From: Thermoanaerobaculia bacterium
Lineage (GTDB): Bacteria; Acidobacteriota; Thermoanaerobaculia; Multivoradales; JBJKRB01
Length of the DNA stretch: 64,000 nt
Direction of reading: 5' to 3'
Assembly: GCA_046704885.1 (NCBI GenBank)
Contig: JBJKRB010000082.1
Span: forward strand, 9,563-73,562
Part shown: positions 18,137-27,490 of the stretch, in pieces
Layout of the letters: each line of letters starts with the position of its first letter
Position numbering within the stretch: the first letter of the stretch is position 1
Made by a program: the position numbers and the translations under genes
Notes under the pieces: generated by a model
What the model was told of the DNA's origin: nothing
Seen by the model: the letters and a program-made list of their open reading frames with translations, nothing else
Databases searched by the model: none

Positions 18137-18988
18137 TTAGTCTGCCCCTGTCGAGGTGCGGTTCTTACGCGCTCGGTTGCGAAACCACATGATGAAGAAG
18201 ATGGTGGCCATGACCAAGAGGGTCAGGGCACCCGCTCCGCGCATCAAGTTGTATGCGAGACCGTCGTACTTCCCGGTCTTGGGATTGTAGGTACAGCAGA
18301 GAAGGAGAACCTGGTCGACAAAGCTTCCGACCTTTCCGTGTGAAGCATCCACGATCCCGAGTCGAAGATCGACCGATGGATAGTCGATGCCGAAGAAGTA
18401 CCGGCCGATCTTGCCCTGCGGGGTGAGCACCACGACGCCCGTCGGATGCGCGAACTGCTTCTTGGCAGGGTTGTACACGTAGTGAAAACCGACTGCCTCG
18501 GTAAGCTGGTGGATCTCCTTTTCGTTGCCAGTCAGAAAATGCCACCCGGAGTCATCCTGGGGACGGCCGTACCGGGCGATGTAGATCGCTCGCTTTTCGG
18601 CCGCGATCTTGGGCGTGTCGTGTGGATCGAAGCTCACGGTCAGAACGTTGAAGTCCTTGCCGATGTTGAACTTGAGCTGCTTGAGACTGTCCGTGAGCCC
18701 CTGCAGGGTCATTGGGCAGAGCATCGGGCAGGTGAAGTAGACGAGGGACAAGACGACGGGCTTCGAGCCGAAGTAGTCGCCCAGCTTGACCTTCTTGCCG
18801 GTCTCATCGGTGAAGGTGAGGTTGAGCGGAATCTGGGCCCCCGGGTGCTCCTCCCAGCGCAAACTCTGGTCAGGCGGAGGCTCGGGTAGATTCTGGGCCT
18901 CGAGCAAGCGGGGCATGGCGCCAACCATCAGCGCCACCATCACGGCCACGAGGATCGCAGAGCGACCAAGAGAGACAGTCCGATTCAC
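18137..18988 (-). CDS. SCO1/SenC-family copper chaperone with C-terminal TM anchor
   Basis: FTCPMLCP CxxxC motif in a thioredoxin-like fold; conserved His; a hydrophobic helix near the C-terminus. Confidence 0.85.
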   Translation of the reverse strand: MNRTVSLGRSAILVAVMVALMVGAMPRLLEAQNLPEPPPDQSLRWEEHPGAQIPLNLTFTDETGKKVKLGDYFGSKPVVLSLVYFTCPMLCPMTLQGLTDSLKQLKFNIGKDFNVLTVSFDPHDTPKIAAEKRAIYIARYGRPQDDSGWHFLTGNEKEIHQLTEAVGFHYVYNPAKKQFAHPTGVVVLTPQGKIGRYFFGIDYPSVDLRLGIVDASHGKVGSFVDQVLLLCCTYNPKTGKYDGLAYNLMRGAGALTLLVMATIFFIMWFRNRARKNRTSTGAD

Positions 18989-19479
18989 TTGCGGTTCCCC
19001 GATGCCGGTTGCTGAGTCGACGACTGAGCCGGAGCCGACCCATTGCCGGCGTCATGGCTAGCGCCGCCGCTCTGGTCTGTCTCATGCTCCTGGAGATAGA
19101 TCTTCATCGCATCGGAGATCGGAATGTGTACGGTTCCCTCCGCCTTGTCGACCCAGCCGAAGTGATAGAGGATCTTGTTCTCGTGCGCGTGCATGGCCGC
19201 CAGGTCGGCGGGCGGGTCGGGCTGAATCCGCGGAAACGGAGGTAGATGGATTCCATTGGCCGCGGCGATGGGCGACGGCGCCGGATCCTCGTGGATGAGC
19301 TCTTGATGGAAATAGTGATAGAGGCCAGCCGTAATGAGACAGGCGAAGATCATGAGACCCGCTATTACGATTCCCGCGGCGAACAACATGCGAAAGTGGA
19401 TCTCGCTGTCCACCTCATAGTGATCCCCGGCGGCGCTGCCGTGATCGTGGGACTGGGGATCATGCAGGTACTCAGTCAT
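18985..19479 (-). CDS. Small His-rich single-TM membrane protein between ActF and SCO (ActG-like position)
   Basis: 164 aa from the internal ATG (MTEYLHDPQSHDHG); one TM; overlaps its neighbours (ATGA-type coupling). Assignment to ActG is by position only. Confidence 0.45.
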   Translation of the reverse strand: MTEYLHDPQSHDHGSAAGDHYEVDSEIHFRMLFAAGIVIAGLMIFACLITAGLYHYFHQELIHEDPAPSPIAAANGIHLPPFPRIQPDPPADLAAMHAHENKILYHFGWVDKAEGTVHIPISDAMKIYLQEHETDQSGGASHDAGNGSAPAQSSTQQPASGNRK

Positions 19480-20668
19480 TAGCGAGAGCCTCCTCGAAGG
19501 CGCGGCTTCCGACCGCCACGATCGGCCGCTTCTTGAGCTGCCACAGGTAGAGCCAGACCCATATTCCACCCACGCCTACCATGGTGAAGAGGTCGAGCCA
19601 ATGGAAGCTCAGATGATGAGCGTATTCCGGCGCGGTCAACCAGTAGAGATCGAAGAAGTGCGCGACGAACAACAGGGTGGCGATCCAAGCCAGCTTGCGC
19701 GGGTTGCGCTTGAGATCCCGCGAGAGCAAGAGAGCAAAGGGAATGAAGAAGTGGATGAATGCCAGGAAGATGGCAAGCAGGTACCAATCCCCTCTCGTAC
19801 GATCGAGGTAGAACGAGATCTCGTCGGGAAGGTTGCCCGACCAGATGATGATGAGCTGGGAGACCACGAAGTAGGCCCAAACCATAGTGAAGGCGAGCAG
19901 AAGCTTGCCCCAATCGTGAAAGTTCTCTTCGGTCACCAGGCTGCGGATGGGCTCGGCGCCGCTCAAGTACGCCATGATGATGACCGCGAATGCCAGCCCC
20001 GTGACCGCTTGCCCGATGATGAAGTAGAAGCCGAAGATGGTCGAGTAGAAGCTCGGATGGATCGACATGAACCAGTCGACGCCGGCGAACGAGACGAGGA
20101 AGCTGTAAAGGATCAGCCCGGGAGCCGAGAGAACCTGCATCTTGTGATCGAGAGCGAAGTCCCGTGTCTGGTCCTGCTGGCGCGAAAGACCGGCTAGGCG
20201 ATAAGCGAGGAAGCTGAATACGACGAAGTAGATGACCAGCCGGATCTCGAAGAAGGGAACGTTGAGGTAGGGCTGTTGATGCTGAAGCAGCGCGCTCTTG
20301 GCGACCGCCTCGGGCCGGGCCCAAACGTAGAGGTCCTTGAGACCAAAGAGAAGCGGAATGAACAAGATCGCGACATAGGGCAGGGTCCGCGACCCCGCCT
20401 CGAGCGGACGGCGGAGAAGCACTCCCCATTTGCCATGCGACATCCGGTGCACCATGTCGATCGCCAGACACCCGGCGGCCACTCCAAACCATACGGTGAA
20501 GGCCACGAGGTACGAGCGGAAGAACTGACTCGGCTCGAGGACGGCGCCGACCACCGTGGCGATCACGCCGATCACCCCGATGATCAGGGCTCGACTTTGC
20601 AGTCGGTCCAGGGAGGCGGGAGGCTTGTACGCCTCGGGTCTCAAGTCTTGGGTCGGTGGCTCGCTCAT
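19472..20668 (-). CDS. actF: Alternative complex III subunit ActF (NrfD/PsrC-like integral membrane protein)
   Basis: 398 aa polytopic membrane protein, paralog-like to ActC, in the ActF operon position. Confidence 0.75.
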   Translation of the reverse strand: MSEPPTQDLRPEAYKPPASLDRLQSRALIIGVIGVIATVVGAVLEPSQFFRSYLVAFTVWFGVAAGCLAIDMVHRMSHGKWGVLLRRPLEAGSRTLPYVAILFIPLLFGLKDLYVWARPEAVAKSALLQHQQPYLNVPFFEIRLVIYFVVFSFLAYRLAGLSRQQDQTRDFALDHKMQVLSAPGLILYSFLVSFAGVDWFMSIHPSFYSTIFGFYFIIGQAVTGLAFAVIIMAYLSGAEPIRSLVTEENFHDWGKLLLAFTMVWAYFVVSQLIIIWSGNLPDEISFYLDRTRGDWYLLAIFLAFIHFFIPFALLLSRDLKRNPRKLAWIATLLFVAHFFDLYWLTAPEYAHHLSFHWLDLFTMVGVGGIWVWLYLWQLKKRPIVAVGSRAFEEALAND

Positions 20669-20685
20669 CGCTTCTCGTACCCCTT

Positions 20686-21387
20686 TTAGCGGTCGGCCGG
20701 CGCTGTCGCTTGATTGGCCGGGGTCTTATGCTGGTCTGACTGCTTCGCCATTGCCGCCTTGAACTTGGCTTGCTCAGCGGGGGGCAGGTCGGAGAGATGA
20801 GCCCCCTGACTGAGCTGCAACACACGGATGTACGCGGCGATCGCCCACCGATCGGCTGGAGGAACCTGGGTCGCGTAGCTCGACATTTGCCCAAATCCAT
20901 GGGTAATGACGTCGTAGAAGTAGCCGATCGGTACCGAGCGCAAACGGGGAATGTGGTAGGAGGGTGGATGCTTGAATCCACGCTGCGGAATCATTCCGTT
21001 GCCGTCGCCCAAGCGACCGTGGCAGGGAGTACAGAAGATGTCGAATCGTTGCTGCCCGCGCTTGAGCAGCTTGCGGGTGACTGGCACCGGGAGGTCGGCG
21101 ACGAAGTTGCCGTCCGGCGTCATGCCCGTGTAGTAGACGCGGTTGGCCCGCAACTGGCTCCGCGCCACCGTCCCCTTCGGAATCGGACGCGCCGAGCTCC
21201 CGTCCGGCCAAAAGGAGCTGGCGGCGTAGGGCTTGTATCGCGGCTGGTTGTACATGTCCTGCCGGCACCCGACGGTGAGCGCGAGAAGCGCCGCAAGGGC
21301 GGCCAAGAGAAGCCAGCGCGAAGACCGGTTGCGCTTGGCCGAAGCGGCCCGGACGAAGGGCGGGGTGCAGGCGTTGTCAGTCGTCAA
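20686..21387 (-). CDS. actE: Alternative complex III monoheme cytochrome c subunit ActE (lipoprotein)
   Basis: Signal peptide + lipobox (LTVGC); single CTPCH heme motif. Confidence 0.8.
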   Translation of the reverse strand: MTTDNACTPPFVRAASAKRNRSSRWLLLAALAALLALTVGCRQDMYNQPRYKPYAASSFWPDGSSARPIPKGTVARSQLRANRVYYTGMTPDGNFVADLPVPVTRKLLKRGQQRFDIFCTPCHGRLGDGNGMIPQRGFKHPPSYHIPRLRSVPIGYFYDVITHGFGQMSSYATQVPPADRWAIAAYIRVLQLSQGAHLSDLPPAEQAKFKAAMAKQSDQHKTPANQATAPADR

Positions 21388-21934
21388 CTTCGGACACCTC
21401 GTGCGGGGTCAGCCGTTGCAGGAACTGCTTCGTCGTCTCGAGGTCGAATCTGGGGTCGGTCGCTTCGACCGAGAGGAAGAATCGATCCCGCGAGGCGCGG
21501 CTGAACTCCGGGACGTTGAAAACTGGATGATAGGGGGACGGCAGGCCATTGAGCGCGAGCATTCCGACGATCGCCGAAATTCCCCCGATCAGGACCGTCA
21601 GCTCGAACATCACGGGAATGAACGCCGGCCAGCTGTTGAAAGGACGGCCGCCAACGTTGATGGGGTAAGCGATGGCCGATACCCAGTACTGCAGCACGAA
21701 GGCGCCGATCCCCCCACAGAGACCTCCGATCAGGACGATCAAAGGCATCTTCGACTTCGGCAATTCCAAGGCCTCGGACAGCTCCTCGCTCGGGAAGGGG
21801 GAGTAGGCGTCGAGCTTGGTATAGCCGCCGCGCCGCGCCTCCCGGCAGGCCTCGGCCAGCTCATCGGCGCTATCGAACTCGGCCAGCAGTCCCCACAGAC
21901 GCCATCTGCGGCCAGCGGACAATGCCTCGGACAT
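21377..21934 (-). CDS. actD: Alternative complex III membrane subunit ActD (DUF3341)
   Basis: 185 aa, two TM helices, with a soluble N-terminal domain before them; operon position after ActC. Confidence 0.75.
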   Translation of the reverse strand: MSEALSAGRRWRLWGLLAEFDSADELAEACREARRGGYTKLDAYSPFPSEELSEALELPKSKMPLIVLIGGLCGGIGAFVLQYWVSAIAYPINVGGRPFNSWPAFIPVMFELTVLIGGISAIVGMLALNGLPSPYHPVFNVPEFSRASRDRFFLSVEATDPRFDLETTKQFLQRLTPHEVSEVDD

Positions 21935-23319
21935 TAGCCACCCTCCTGTGATTTGCTCTTGGGAGTCAGGGTGCGAACCTCAAAGATCGAGATCGCGGGC
22001 AGAATCCGCATGAAAATGAACATCAACATGAGGAACATCCCCATCGAGCCGATCAGGGTTGCCCAGTCCCAAAACGTCCCGGAATACATCCCCCAGGAGC
22101 TGGGCAGGAAGTCGCGATGCAGGCTGACGACCACGATGACGTAGCGCTCGAGCCACATGCCGATGTTCACGATGATCGAGACGATCCACAGCAGCACCGG
22201 CGTGTCTCGGACCTTCTTGAACCAGAGGGACTGGGGAAGAATGATGTTGCAGCTGATCAATACCCAAAATTGGAACGCATAGGGACCGATCGCCCGGTTG
22301 ACGGTCATGAACCACTCGAAGCGATCGCCGCTATACCAACTGACGAACGGCTCGAACACATAGCCGTAGGCGACGATCAGGCCAGTGGCCAGCATCACCT
22401 TGCCCATGTTCTGGAGGTGCCGCATGGTGATGAAGTCCTGCAGCCCGAAGGCCCAACGCAACGGTACGGCCAGGGTGATCACCATGGCGAAGCCCGAGTA
22501 GATCGCTCCCGCGACGAAGTAGGGCGGAAAGATCGTCGAGTGCCAGCCGGGGACAATGCCGACCGCGAAGTCCAAGGACACGACGCTGTGCACGGAAAGG
22601 ACGAGAGGCGTGGCCAACCCGGCGAGCAGGAGGTACGCGGACTCATAGTTGTGCCAGTGACGGGCCGAGCCGCGCCAGCCCAAGGCCAGCATGCCGTAGA
22701 TGATCTTGGTGAACTTGTTCTTGCTCTTGTCCCGCATGCTGCCCAAGTCGGGAATGAGCCCCGTGTACCAGAAGATCAGCGAGATCGTGGCGTAGGTCGA
22801 TACCGCGAAGACATCCCAGATCAGCGGGCTGCGAAACTGCGGCCAGACCCACATGGTGCTGGGGTAGGGGAAGAGCCAGTAGAAGACCCAGGGGCGGCCG
22901 AGGTGGAGCAACGGGAACATGCCGGCGCAAGCCACCGCGAAGAGGGTCATCGCCTCGGCGAAGCGGTTGATCGACGTACGCCACTCCTGCTTGAGCAAGA
23001 GCAGAATCGCGGAGATCAGGGTTCCCGCGTGCCCGATTCCGATCCACCAAACGAAGTTGACGATGGCGAATCCCCAAGCCACCGGTTGGTTGATGCCCCA
23101 AATTCCGACGCCCTTGGCGAACAGATAGGTAATGGCGTACTGGAGCACCATGAACAGGAAGAAGGTGACCCCGAAGGCGAAGTACCACCACTTCGGCGTC
23201 TTGGAGAACACCACCGAGCTGATCTTGTCGGTGACCGAGCCATAGTCCTGGCCAGGACCGATGATCGGCGGACGGGTCGAAACCGCTCTATCGAGTCTGC
23301 TCTGCTTCACCGGTGGCAT
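21934..23319 (-). CDS. actC: Alternative complex III subunit ActC (NrfD/PsrC polysulfide-reductase-like quinol-binding membrane subunit)
   Basis: 461 aa, ~10 TM; NrfD-family Trp/Tyr-rich helices; follows ActB. Confidence 0.85.
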   Translation of the reverse strand: MPPVKQSRLDRAVSTRPPIIGPGQDYGSVTDKISSVVFSKTPKWWYFAFGVTFFLFMVLQYAITYLFAKGVGIWGINQPVAWGFAIVNFVWWIGIGHAGTLISAILLLLKQEWRTSINRFAEAMTLFAVACAGMFPLLHLGRPWVFYWLFPYPSTMWVWPQFRSPLIWDVFAVSTYATISLIFWYTGLIPDLGSMRDKSKNKFTKIIYGMLALGWRGSARHWHNYESAYLLLAGLATPLVLSVHSVVSLDFAVGIVPGWHSTIFPPYFVAGAIYSGFAMVITLAVPLRWAFGLQDFITMRHLQNMGKVMLATGLIVAYGYVFEPFVSWYSGDRFEWFMTVNRAIGPYAFQFWVLISCNIILPQSLWFKKVRDTPVLLWIVSIIVNIGMWLERYVIVVVSLHRDFLPSSWGMYSGTFWDWATLIGSMGMFLMLMFIFMRILPAISIFEVRTLTPKSKSQEGG

Positions 23320-23321
23320 CG

Positions 23322-26300
23322 TCAGGCTTTCTCCAGCTCAGGATTTGGATTGGTGATCTTCGCCAGGTAGCTCGTCCGCGGGCGGGTATTGAGCCCGGCG
23401 AGGAGCTGATAGTTCTGCGGCTGCGCCTTCCAGCGCGTCACCTCCGCCGTCTTGTCGTTGATGTTGCCGAAGACGATCGCCCCGGTCGGGCACGTCTGCT
23501 GGCAGGCGGTCAGGATCTCGCCGTCCTTGACCTGGCGGTTCTCGCGATCGGCATCAATCTTCTTCTCATTGATCCGCTGGACGCAGTACGTGCACTTCTC
23601 CATGACCCCGCGATGCCGAACGGTGACATCGGGATTGCGGTGCATCTTGAGCACCTCGGTCTGGGTATCGTTGAACTTGAGGAAGTTGAAGCGGCGGACC
23701 TTGTAGGGGCAGTTGTTCGAGCAGTATCGGGTGCCCACGCAGCGGTTGTAGATCATGTCGTTCAGACCCTCGCTGCTGTGATTGGTAGCGCCCACCGGAC
23801 AGACCACCTCGCACGGGGCATCCTCGCATTGCATGCAGGGCACCGGCTGATGGTGAACCCTGGGTTGATCGAGGCTGCCCGCGTAGTAGCGGTCGATCCG
23901 GATCCAGTGCATCTCGCGGCCGTTTATGACCTGTTGCTTGCCCACCGTTGGAATGTTGTTCTCGGACTGGCAGGCGATGACGCAGGCGTTGCAGCCGGTA
24001 CAGGCCGCGAGATCGATGGTCAGACCCCAGGCGTAGCCTTTCGAATAGTCGTAAGGCGGGTACAAGGTGTCGTTGGCCGGCGGGGTGTCGACCACCTCCG
24101 TAACACTCTTCGGATCGCGCTCGAAGTCGGCCAGGCTGGTCACCAGCAGAACGTGCCGGAGCTTCTCCTCGCTGCTCTCGAGCTCGCCTTCCATCAGATG
24201 ATGGTTCTGCGTATTGGCCAAGCGATAGCGCCGGCCGGTGGAACGGACCGTGGCCGCGGGAGCCTGCCACATGGCGGTCGACGTGCGCAACGGGTAGACG
24301 TCGAAGCCCGTTCCCGTGCCCACTCGGCCGGTCTTCTTGCGGCCGTAGCCGAGATGCAAAGCAACCGTGCCGTCGGCCATCCCGGGCACGATCATGACGG
24401 GCACCTCGAGCATCCCCGCGGGGCTCTTGATCGCAACCACCATCTCGTCCGAAACCCCCAAGCGCTCCGCCAGTTTGGGACTCATGTACGCGGCGTTGTC
24501 CCAGGTGAGCTTGCTGAACGGTTTGGGCAGCTCCTGCAGCCAGGGATTGTTCACCCAACGCCCATCATGAATGGTGGGGTCGCCGCGGAAGACTAGCTCG
24601 ATGTTGTTCGTGGTTGCCGGCGCGCTTTCCGCCTTGCTCATCGCGCTGGTCAGGGCGTTGACGTCGAACTTGACGTCGATCGCCGGCAGGGCGGTGGCCG
24701 CAACGACACCGTCGTGGACCGACTTGCGCCAGAAGGCGTTGAAGTCGGCTGCCGTCGATCTCTTCTTCCAAGCCTCTTGAAAAAGATCGTAATCGTCCTT
24801 CTCCGAATCTCCCAGAAACGCCGCGAGCACCTGGTAGAAGGACTTGGTTCCGTAGAGGGGCTCGATCAGGGGCTGACCGATGGAGATCGTACCGTCGTAA
24901 GCCCGGGAGTCCGCCCAGCTCTCGAGATAGTGGCTGACCGGCAGGTGCCAATGGGCATATTCCGCCGTCTCATTGCGGAAGAGACCGCAGTGAATGCAAT
25001 TGCGAACCGCGTGCACGGCCTCCGCGAAGCGAAGGTCGGCGGGAGCGTCGAAGACCGGGTTGCCGCCGAGGATCACCAGCGTATCCACCTGCCCCGCACC
25101 CATCTCGCCGACGAGCTCCTTGAGCCCCTCGAGCTGATCCATGGGCTGCGCTTCGACCGACTCGGTATGGATAACGGTTGCGCCGACGTTCCCTAAAACC
25201 TGATTGATCGCGTGCGCGGCCAGATGCACCTCAACTGGCGCCTCATCCCCCGCAACCACCAGGCAACGCCCTTGATGGCTCTGCAGGTCGGCAGCCGCCG
25301 TCTTCACCCAGGAGGCGAGCTTCGGCGGCAATGGCGCGGCGCCGAAACGCCCAACGCCCACCGCGGTGGCGAACGCCGCGGCGACCGCGGAAAGCTCGCT
25401 CGGACGGACGGCGACTCGATGATCGGCGAGCGTTCCGGTCGGGGTCGGCGTGATGTCCACCGAGTAGAGCCGGTTCATATTCGGCTTCTTGCCGCTCCGG
25501 ATCTTGCGCCTCTCGGCGAAGTCGCGAGCGTAACGAGTCGCCCCCGGTCCCTTGGTCAAGAAGTCCGATCCCAAGGAGACGATCACGTCCGCCTTGCTCA
25601 GGTCGAAGCGGGTCTCAAGGAAGCGGCCGAACCCTTGCTTGGCGGCGCGGCGCGCGTGGTCGCGATTTAGCGGTTCCCACTGGTACCACTTGGCCTTGGG
25701 GAACTTGGCGAGGATCGCCTGAAGCTGAGCGGCGAGCGTCGGCGAAGAGATCGTCTGGGTCAGGAAGCGCAAACCTTCCCCGCCGATCGCGCTCATCGCT
25801 TGAAGCTTGTTGTTGAGATCCTGGGTAAAGTCCCCCCAGGTATGGACGTCGTTCAGGTAGAGGATGGCCTGCGACCGGTCGGGGTCGTAGAGGTCGAGGA
25901 TCGATGCCTGGGCGAAGGCGCTGGCCGCCCCGAGGCTGCCGGGGTGATCCGGGTTGCCTTCGATCTTCGTCGGGCGTCCGGTGTGACTCTCGGCAATCAG
26001 CCCCTCGGCATAACCGCCGAGCTCCATGGTCGTCGCGAAGTAGAGCGGCCTGCCCGGGATGACTTCTTCCGGCTGATTGACGTAGGGAACGATGCGCTCG
26101 AGCGGTTGACGCGTGCAGGCCGCGAGACCGCCAAGGGCGAGAGACGCGCTCGCGAGCTGAAGGAAACGCCGCCGCGAGACGCCGTCGGTGAAAACGCTGG
26201 CATGCCGGGGGAACTCGTTGGCGATCAGCTCATCGATGCCCTCGCTCTGGGCGAGCTCATCGAGGCTGCGCCAAAATTCCGGACCACCTTCCTCTTCGAG

Positions 26301-26471
26301 ACGCCGGCGCAGCGCCGCAAGGTCGAGCACCGGCGCGCCGTCCACGCCGTCCGCTTCCGGCTTGGAGTGATCCGCGTCACGTCCATGATCGTCAGCGCTC
26401 TTCAACTCGGACATCGAATTCTCCTCGCGCAGCAGTTCGGCGCTCGCTTCCTGGCTCTTGTCTCTATCCAT
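23322..26471 (-). CDS. actB: Alternative complex III subunit ActB (fused molybdopterin-oxidoreductase-like B1 + 4Fe-4S ferredoxin B2; Tat signal)
   Basis: Tat motif SRRRFLQLASASLALGGLAA; a large MopB-like domain lacking an obvious Mo-Cys context; C-terminal CTGCNACVIACQSEN, CMQCEDAPCEVVCP and further Fe-S Cys clusters. Start at the ATG just downstream of the actA stop. Confidence 0.9.
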   Translation of the reverse strand: MDRDKSQEASAELLREENSMSELKSADDHGRDADHSKPEADGVDGAPVLDLAALRRRLEEEGGPEFWRSLDELAQSEGIDELIANEFPRHASVFTDGVSRRRFLQLASASLALGGLAACTRQPLERIVPYVNQPEEVIPGRPLYFATTMELGGYAEGLIAESHTGRPTKIEGNPDHPGSLGAASAFAQASILDLYDPDRSQAILYLNDVHTWGDFTQDLNNKLQAMSAIGGEGLRFLTQTISSPTLAAQLQAILAKFPKAKWYQWEPLNRDHARRAAKQGFGRFLETRFDLSKADVIVSLGSDFLTKGPGATRYARDFAERRKIRSGKKPNMNRLYSVDITPTPTGTLADHRVAVRPSELSAVAAAFATAVGVGRFGAAPLPPKLASWVKTAAADLQSHQGRCLVVAGDEAPVEVHLAAHAINQVLGNVGATVIHTESVEAQPMDQLEGLKELVGEMGAGQVDTLVILGGNPVFDAPADLRFAEAVHAVRNCIHCGLFRNETAEYAHWHLPVSHYLESWADSRAYDGTISIGQPLIEPLYGTKSFYQVLAAFLGDSEKDDYDLFQEAWKKRSTAADFNAFWRKSVHDGVVAATALPAIDVKFDVNALTSAMSKAESAPATTNNIELVFRGDPTIHDGRWVNNPWLQELPKPFSKLTWDNAAYMSPKLAERLGVSDEMVVAIKSPAGMLEVPVMIVPGMADGTVALHLGYGRKKTGRVGTGTGFDVYPLRTSTAMWQAPAATVRSTGRRYRLANTQNHHLMEGELESSEEKLRHVLLVTSLADFERDPKSVTEVVDTPPANDTLYPPYDYSKGYAWGLTIDLAACTGCNACVIACQSENNIPTVGKQQVINGREMHWIRIDRYYAGSLDQPRVHHQPVPCMQCEDAPCEVVCPVGATNHSSEGLNDMIYNRCVGTRYCSNNCPYKVRRFNFLKFNDTQTEVLKMHRNPDVTVRHRGVMEKCTYCVQRINEKKIDADRENRQVKDGEILTACQQTCPTGAIVFGNINDKTAEVTRWKAQPQNYQLLAGLNTRPRTSYLAKITNPNPELEKA

Positions 26472-26473
26472 CG

Positions 26474-27130
26474 TCAACGGTGACAGGTCGAACAGCTGGT
26501 CAGGTCGCGCGCACTTCGAATGTGGTATTCCTTCACCAGCTTCGGTCCAAGCTCCGATTGATCGCTCGCTTTCCACGCCATATTGAAGACTTCCTTCTCG
26601 GGACGAATGAACTTGGCGGGATCGCGATGGCAGTCCACGCACCAACGCATCTGCAGACTCGCGTGCTGCATCATGAGCGGCATCTGATCCACCCTCCCGT
26701 GACAGGTGGCGCACCCGATGCCCTTGGCGACGTGAATGGAGTGATTGAAGTAGACGAAGTCAGGCAGATCGTTGACCCGCACCCACTTGATCGGAATTCC
26801 AGTCTTGAAGCTGTTACGCACCGGCGCCAGGAAGGGGCTATTCTTCCAGATCAGCTTATGGCAGTTCATGCAGGTCGCCGTGGGCGGGATTCCCGCGAAG
26901 CTCGAGGTCTCTACCGACGTATGGCAGTAGCGGCAGTCGAGACCGAGGCCGGCGACGTGGTGCTGATGGCTGAAAGGAATGGGTTGGTGCGAAACTACAT
27001 TTTGGCCACTCACGTACGAGGACGTGGTGAAGCGGTACCAACCCCAGCCGGCGACACTGATGAAAAAGATGGCGCCAAAGATTGTGGCCCTTGCAATCGC
27101 ATTAGTGCTACGACGAAAAATCTGGGGCAT
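26474..27130 (-). CDS. actA: Alternative complex III pentaheme cytochrome c subunit ActA
   Basis: N-terminal TM anchor plus five CxxCH motifs (CRYCH, CMNCH, CATCH, CVDCH, CSTCH). Confidence 0.85.
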   Translation of the reverse strand: MPQIFRRSTNAIARATIFGAIFFISVAGWGWYRFTTSSYVSGQNVVSHQPIPFSHQHHVAGLGLDCRYCHTSVETSSFAGIPPTATCMNCHKLIWKNSPFLAPVRNSFKTGIPIKWVRVNDLPDFVYFNHSIHVAKGIGCATCHGRVDQMPLMMQHASLQMRWCVDCHRDPAKFIRPEKEVFNMAWKASDQSELGPKLVKEYHIRSARDLTSCSTCHR

Positions 27131-27198
27131 TTCTTGCTCCGTCCTAAAACGCGAACTTGCCGACGATAACCGAGTCCAGCCTCACTGCGCAAGTCCCT

Positions 27199-27214
27199 TG
27201 TGAAACTCTTCACA
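27199..27214. promoter_or_regulatory. Perfect CRP/FNR-family palindrome TGTGA-N6-TCACA (extended cttgtgaa-actc-ttcacaag) in the 360-bp divergent intergenic region
   Basis: Read directly: cccTTGTGAaactctTCACAAgcg. It lies between the actA start (27130, minus) and the ctaB start (27491, plus); the intergenic region is locally AT-richer. Confidence 0.55.
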
Positions 27215-27490
27215 AGCGGATGGCTTAGGATACTCCTCATATCTCAACTGTCAAGGGGTTTCTTAAGGACCCCGGTCACGCGACCGAACTGGAGGACGAT
27301 TCCGCACCGCGATGCGAGAGAGTGGAGCGCCCCCGCACGGACGATCTAGTAACGCTCGGCAGCGGCGATCGGTAAGCCGAATGCCACAATGCAAAGGCTT
27401 TAAGCATGCAAGCTTTCCCCTTGCGCCGATTCGCGATAGAGTCGCGGGACTGGGCTCGAGACTCGGCGCTCTAGCTCACCTGACAAGACC

